A DNA stretch of 64,000 nt from an uncultured Actinomycetota bacterium (GTDB lineage: Bacteria; Actinomycetota; UBA4738; HRBIN12): positions 64,057 through 128,056 of the forward strand of contig CAWIUW010000002.1 of the NCBI GenBank assembly GCA_963839395.1. The letters run 5' to 3'. Under the pieces are notes generated by a model. It did not search any database. It was not told the origin of the DNA and saw only the letters and a list, made by a program, of their open reading frames with translations. Made by a program: the position numbers and the translations under genes. Positions 61,216 through 64,000 of the stretch are shown here, one piece after another (the first letter of the stretch is position 1; the number at the start of each line of letters is the position of its first letter).

Positions 61216-61822
61216 TCGTCCTCCGCGGCGGGCGCTTCCTCAGCGGGTGTGTCCTCCTCGGCCTCGACCGTATCTGATGCAGGTGCCTCATCGTCGGGCG
61301 TCGATGCATCGGCCGCGGGTGCCTCGACGGCCTCGACGGTTTCCACGGCCTCGGAGCGGCCTCGACGGCTTCTACGGCCTCCGCGGCGTCCGCCTCGACG
61401 ACCTCCGGCTCGACGGTCTCCGGTTCAGCCGTCTCAGCGGCCGTCTCCACGACAGGCGGAGTCTCGGGCTGGGCGGCCGCGGCCTCGGCCTTCTGCTTCG
61501 CCTTCTTCGAAACCTTCGGCTTCTCCGGCCGTTCCTTGGCCGGCTCGAGCGCAGCCGATGGGCGCTCCTTCACGAACTCGTCCCAGATCCCGATCTTGTT
61601 CATCAGGTTCCGAACCTGGTTCGACGGCTGGGCCCCGACACGCAGCCAGTGCAACGCGCGGTCCTGGTCGATCTCGATCACGCTCGGATCGTCGAGCGGG
61701 TGGTACTTGCCGATGTTCTCGATGAAGCGGCCGTCGCGGGGACTCCGCTGGTCCGCCACCACGACGCGGAAGAACGGGCGCTTGTTGGAACCCATCCTTC
61801 GCAGCCGGATCCTCGTCGTCAT
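61212..61822 (-). CDS. rpsP: 30S ribosomal protein S16 with acidic tail (frameshift near 61355 in the tail)
   Basis: IRLRRMG...PFFRVVVADQRSPRDG; the Ala/Glu tail continues in another frame to a TGA overlapping the khpA GTG. Confidence 0.93.
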
Positions 61823-61838
61823 GTTCCGTGTCCTCTCG

Positions 61839-63185
61839 CTATCGCTTCGGCACCCGGGGCATGGACAGCATCCCCGGAAGGCCCTTCCCGCCGCCCATCA
61901 TCGTCCGCATCATCTTCCTCGCGCCCTCGAAGTCCTTGAGGAGCGTGTTGACGTCGGAGGTGGTGGAGCCCGCCCCGCGGGCGATCCGCAGGCGGCGAGA
62001 CCCGGAGATGATACCGGGATTCCGCCGCTCGTCCGGCGTCATGGACAGGATGAGGGCTTCGGCCTGACGGAGCTTGTCCTCGTCCACCTGGCCGGCGATC
62101 TCCTTGATGGCGTTCTTCCCGCCCGGCATCCCCGGCAGCATCTTCAGCAGATCCTGGATCGGCCCCAGCTGCCGCATCTGCCGCAGTTGCGCCAAGAAGT
62201 CCTCCAGGGTGAACGCGCCCTGGAGCAGCTTCTCGGCCGATGCCTTCGCCTCGTCCACATCGAGCTTCTCCTCGGCCTTGTCGATCAGGCTCAGCACATC
62301 GCCCATCCCCATGATCCGGCCGGCCAGACGGTCGGGGTGGAATTCCTCGAGGTCCTCGGGCTTCTCCCCCACGCCTGCGAAGAACACCGGGCGCCCCGTC
62401 ACCGCGGTGATCGACAGGGCGGCGCCGCCTCGCGCGTCTCCGTCGAGCTTCGTCAGGATGAACCCGGTCGTCTCCACCTCGTTCTGGAACGCGCGCGCCT
62501 GGATCACGGCGTCCTGTCCCGTCATCGCGTCACACGCCATCAGGACCTGATCGGGCTTCACGGCGTCGCGGATGCGGCGTGCCTGCTTCATCATCTCCGC
62601 ATCGACGTGCAGACGCCCTGCGGTGTCGACGATCACGACGTCGTTGCCCCTCCGCTCCGCTTCCTTCAGCGCGTTCTTCGCGACCTTCACCGGATCGCGG
62701 CCTTCGGACACGACCGGGACGCCAACCTCGCCGCCGAGGGCGAACAGCTGCTCGACCGCGGCGGGGCGCTCGAGGTCGGCGGCCACCAGGAGAGGTCGTC
62801 GCCCGTCCTTCTTCAGGCGGAGGGCGAGCTTGGCGCAGGCGGTCGTCTTCCCGGAGCCCTGCACGCCCGCCATCATCACGACGGCGATGCGGCCTGAGGG
62901 CAGGACGAACTTCCGGTACTCGCCACCGAGCGTCTCCTGGAGCTCGTCCCGGACGATCTTGACCACCTGTTGGGCCGGGGTGAGGCTCTTCATCACCTCC
63001 GCCGAAAGCGCGCGAGCGCGCACCCGGCCGAGGAATGCGTCGGCGACCTCCACGGCCACGTCGGCCTCGAGCAGGGCCGTCCTGATGTCATCGAGGGCGT
63101 TGTCGACCTGCTTGGGATGCAACTTGCCCCGGGAGCGGAGCTTCTTGAACGTGTGGTCGAGCTTTTCGGTCAGGGTGTCGAACAT
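61839..63185 (-). CDS. ffh: signal recognition particle protein
   Basis: GVQGSGKTT, DTAGR, TKLDGDARGG, GMGDV, Met-rich M domain. Confidence 0.98.
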   Translation of the reverse strand: MFDTLTEKLDHTFKKLRSRGKLHPKQVDNALDDIRTALLEADVAVEVADAFLGRVRARALSAEVMKSLTPAQQVVKIVRDELQETLGGEYRKFVLPSGRIAVVMMAGVQGSGKTTACAKLALRLKKDGRRPLLVAADLERPAAVEQLFALGGEVGVPVVSEGRDPVKVAKNALKEAERRGNDVVIVDTAGRLHVDAEMMKQARRIRDAVKPDQVLMACDAMTGQDAVIQARAFQNEVETTGFILTKLDGDARGGAALSITAVTGRPVFFAGVGEKPEDLEEFHPDRLAGRIMGMGDVLSLIDKAEEKLDVDEAKASAEKLLQGAFTLEDFLAQLRQMRQLGPIQDLLKMLPGMPGGKNAIKEIAGQVDEDKLRQAEALILSMTPDERRNPGIISGSRRLRIARGAGSTTSDVNTLLKDFEGARKMMRTMMGGGKGLPGMLSMPRVPKR

Positions 63186-63255
63186 CGCGGGTTCTTCCGT
63201 TGGGCCCCTCGCGCGAGCCGGAGCCCGGCCACTGCCCCGGCGAAGTCGAGGAATC

Positions 63256-63642
63256 CTACTCGGCTTGTGTCGGATCCTCCGGACCGAGGACCTCCTCGAC
63301 CGCGTTGAGGAGCGCGATCGGACTGAACGGCTTCGTGAAGTAGTGGTCTGCGCCGCTGGCCATGGCCGCAGCCCGCCCTTCCTCCCCCGTCGCGGTCACG
63401 ACGATCACGCGCACCTCGGTCGTGGCGGGGTCGTTCTTCACCGCGGCGAGCACCTCCGGTCCGGAGACCCCCGGGATGCTCATGTCGAGCAGCACGAGAT
63501 CCGGACGGTCCTCCTGCATAGACGCCAGTGCCTGCGCGCCGTCCGACGCCTCGTCGATGTCGAAGCCCTCCCCCTCGAGCACGAGGCGCATCGCCTCTCG
63601 CATCGTGGGATGGTCCTCGACGATGAGGATGCGAACGCTCAC
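63256..63642 (-). CDS. single-domain response regulator receiver (CheY-like)
   Basis: [23 protein letters not shown]; start overlaps the ftsY stop. Confidence 0.85.
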   Translation of the reverse strand: MSVRILIVEDHPTMREAMRLVLEGEGFDIDEASDGAQALASMQEDRPDLVLLDMSIPGVSGPEVLAAVKNDPATTEVRVIVVTATGEEGRAAAMASGADHYFTKPFSPIALLNAVEEVLGPEDPTQAE

Positions 63643-64000
63643 GACGCGAGGATCCTCTCGGCGAACGTCCCCGCGCGGAATGGCTGGAGGTCGTCGGGCC
63701 CCTCGCCGGTGCCGACGAGTCGAACCGGAACGCCGAGCTCTTCGCGGACCGCCAGCACGACGCCGCCTTTCGCGGTTCCGTCCAGCTTGGTCAGCACGAT
63801 CCCCGACACGTCCACCGCTTCCGTGAAGGCTCTGGCTTGGGCGATCCCATTCTGACCGGTCGTCGCGTCGAGGACGAGCAGGGTCTCGGCGACCGCGGCG
63901 CCCGCTTTCTCGACGACCCGCGCGATCTTCCGCAGCTCGTCCATCAACGGGGCTTTCGTGTGCAGGCGTCCGGCCGTATCCACGATGAGGATGTCGGACC
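63639..64000 (-). CDS. ftsY: SRP receptor FtsY (3' part)
   Basis: [26 protein letters not shown]. Confidence 0.95.
   Translation of the reverse strand, partial: SDILIVDTAGRLHTKAPLMDELRKIARVVEKAGAAVAETLLVLDATTGQNGIAQARAFTEAVDVSGIVLTKLDGTAKGGVVLAVREELGVPVRLVGTGEGPDDLQPFRAGTFAERILAS

Overview
High-GC actinobacterial chromosome segment, probably from a deep-branching class (short 203-aa EF-Ts, WhiG-like sigma, DUF2469). It is dominated by the conserved minus-strand core block ftsY-ffh-rpsP-khpA-rimM-trmD-rplS-lepB-rnhB-DUF2469-yraN-comM-dprA-xerC-whiG-M23-rpsB-tsf-pyrH-frr-cdsA-dxr-rseP-ispG-proS-rimP-nusA-ylxR-infB-rbfA-nrnA-truB-ribF-rpsO-pnp-M16-dapB-dapA-rnj-ftsK, with small accessory insertions. 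No rRNA, tRNA, CRISPR or transposase was seen. The standout is a ~3.7 kb plus-strand module inserted between rimM and trmD (56768-60453). It encodes a membrane protein fusing a PqqD/RRE-like domain, a YydH-type M50 peptidase and two cyclic-nucleotide-binding domains, followed by a small Zn-finger protein. Next come six CRP-type boxes at 23-bp spacing, an unannotated 52-aa cationic Thr-periodic peptide gene with its own SD and terminator, and a Crp-family regulator. Together these suggest a candidate cyclic-nucleotide-controlled peptide-processing system. Also found: an unannotated Trp leader peptide and attenuator before a stand-alone trpEG, many apparently leaderless promoters, and several frameshifts (proS, rpsP, M16 peptidase, a secreted protein) that are most likely consensus errors.
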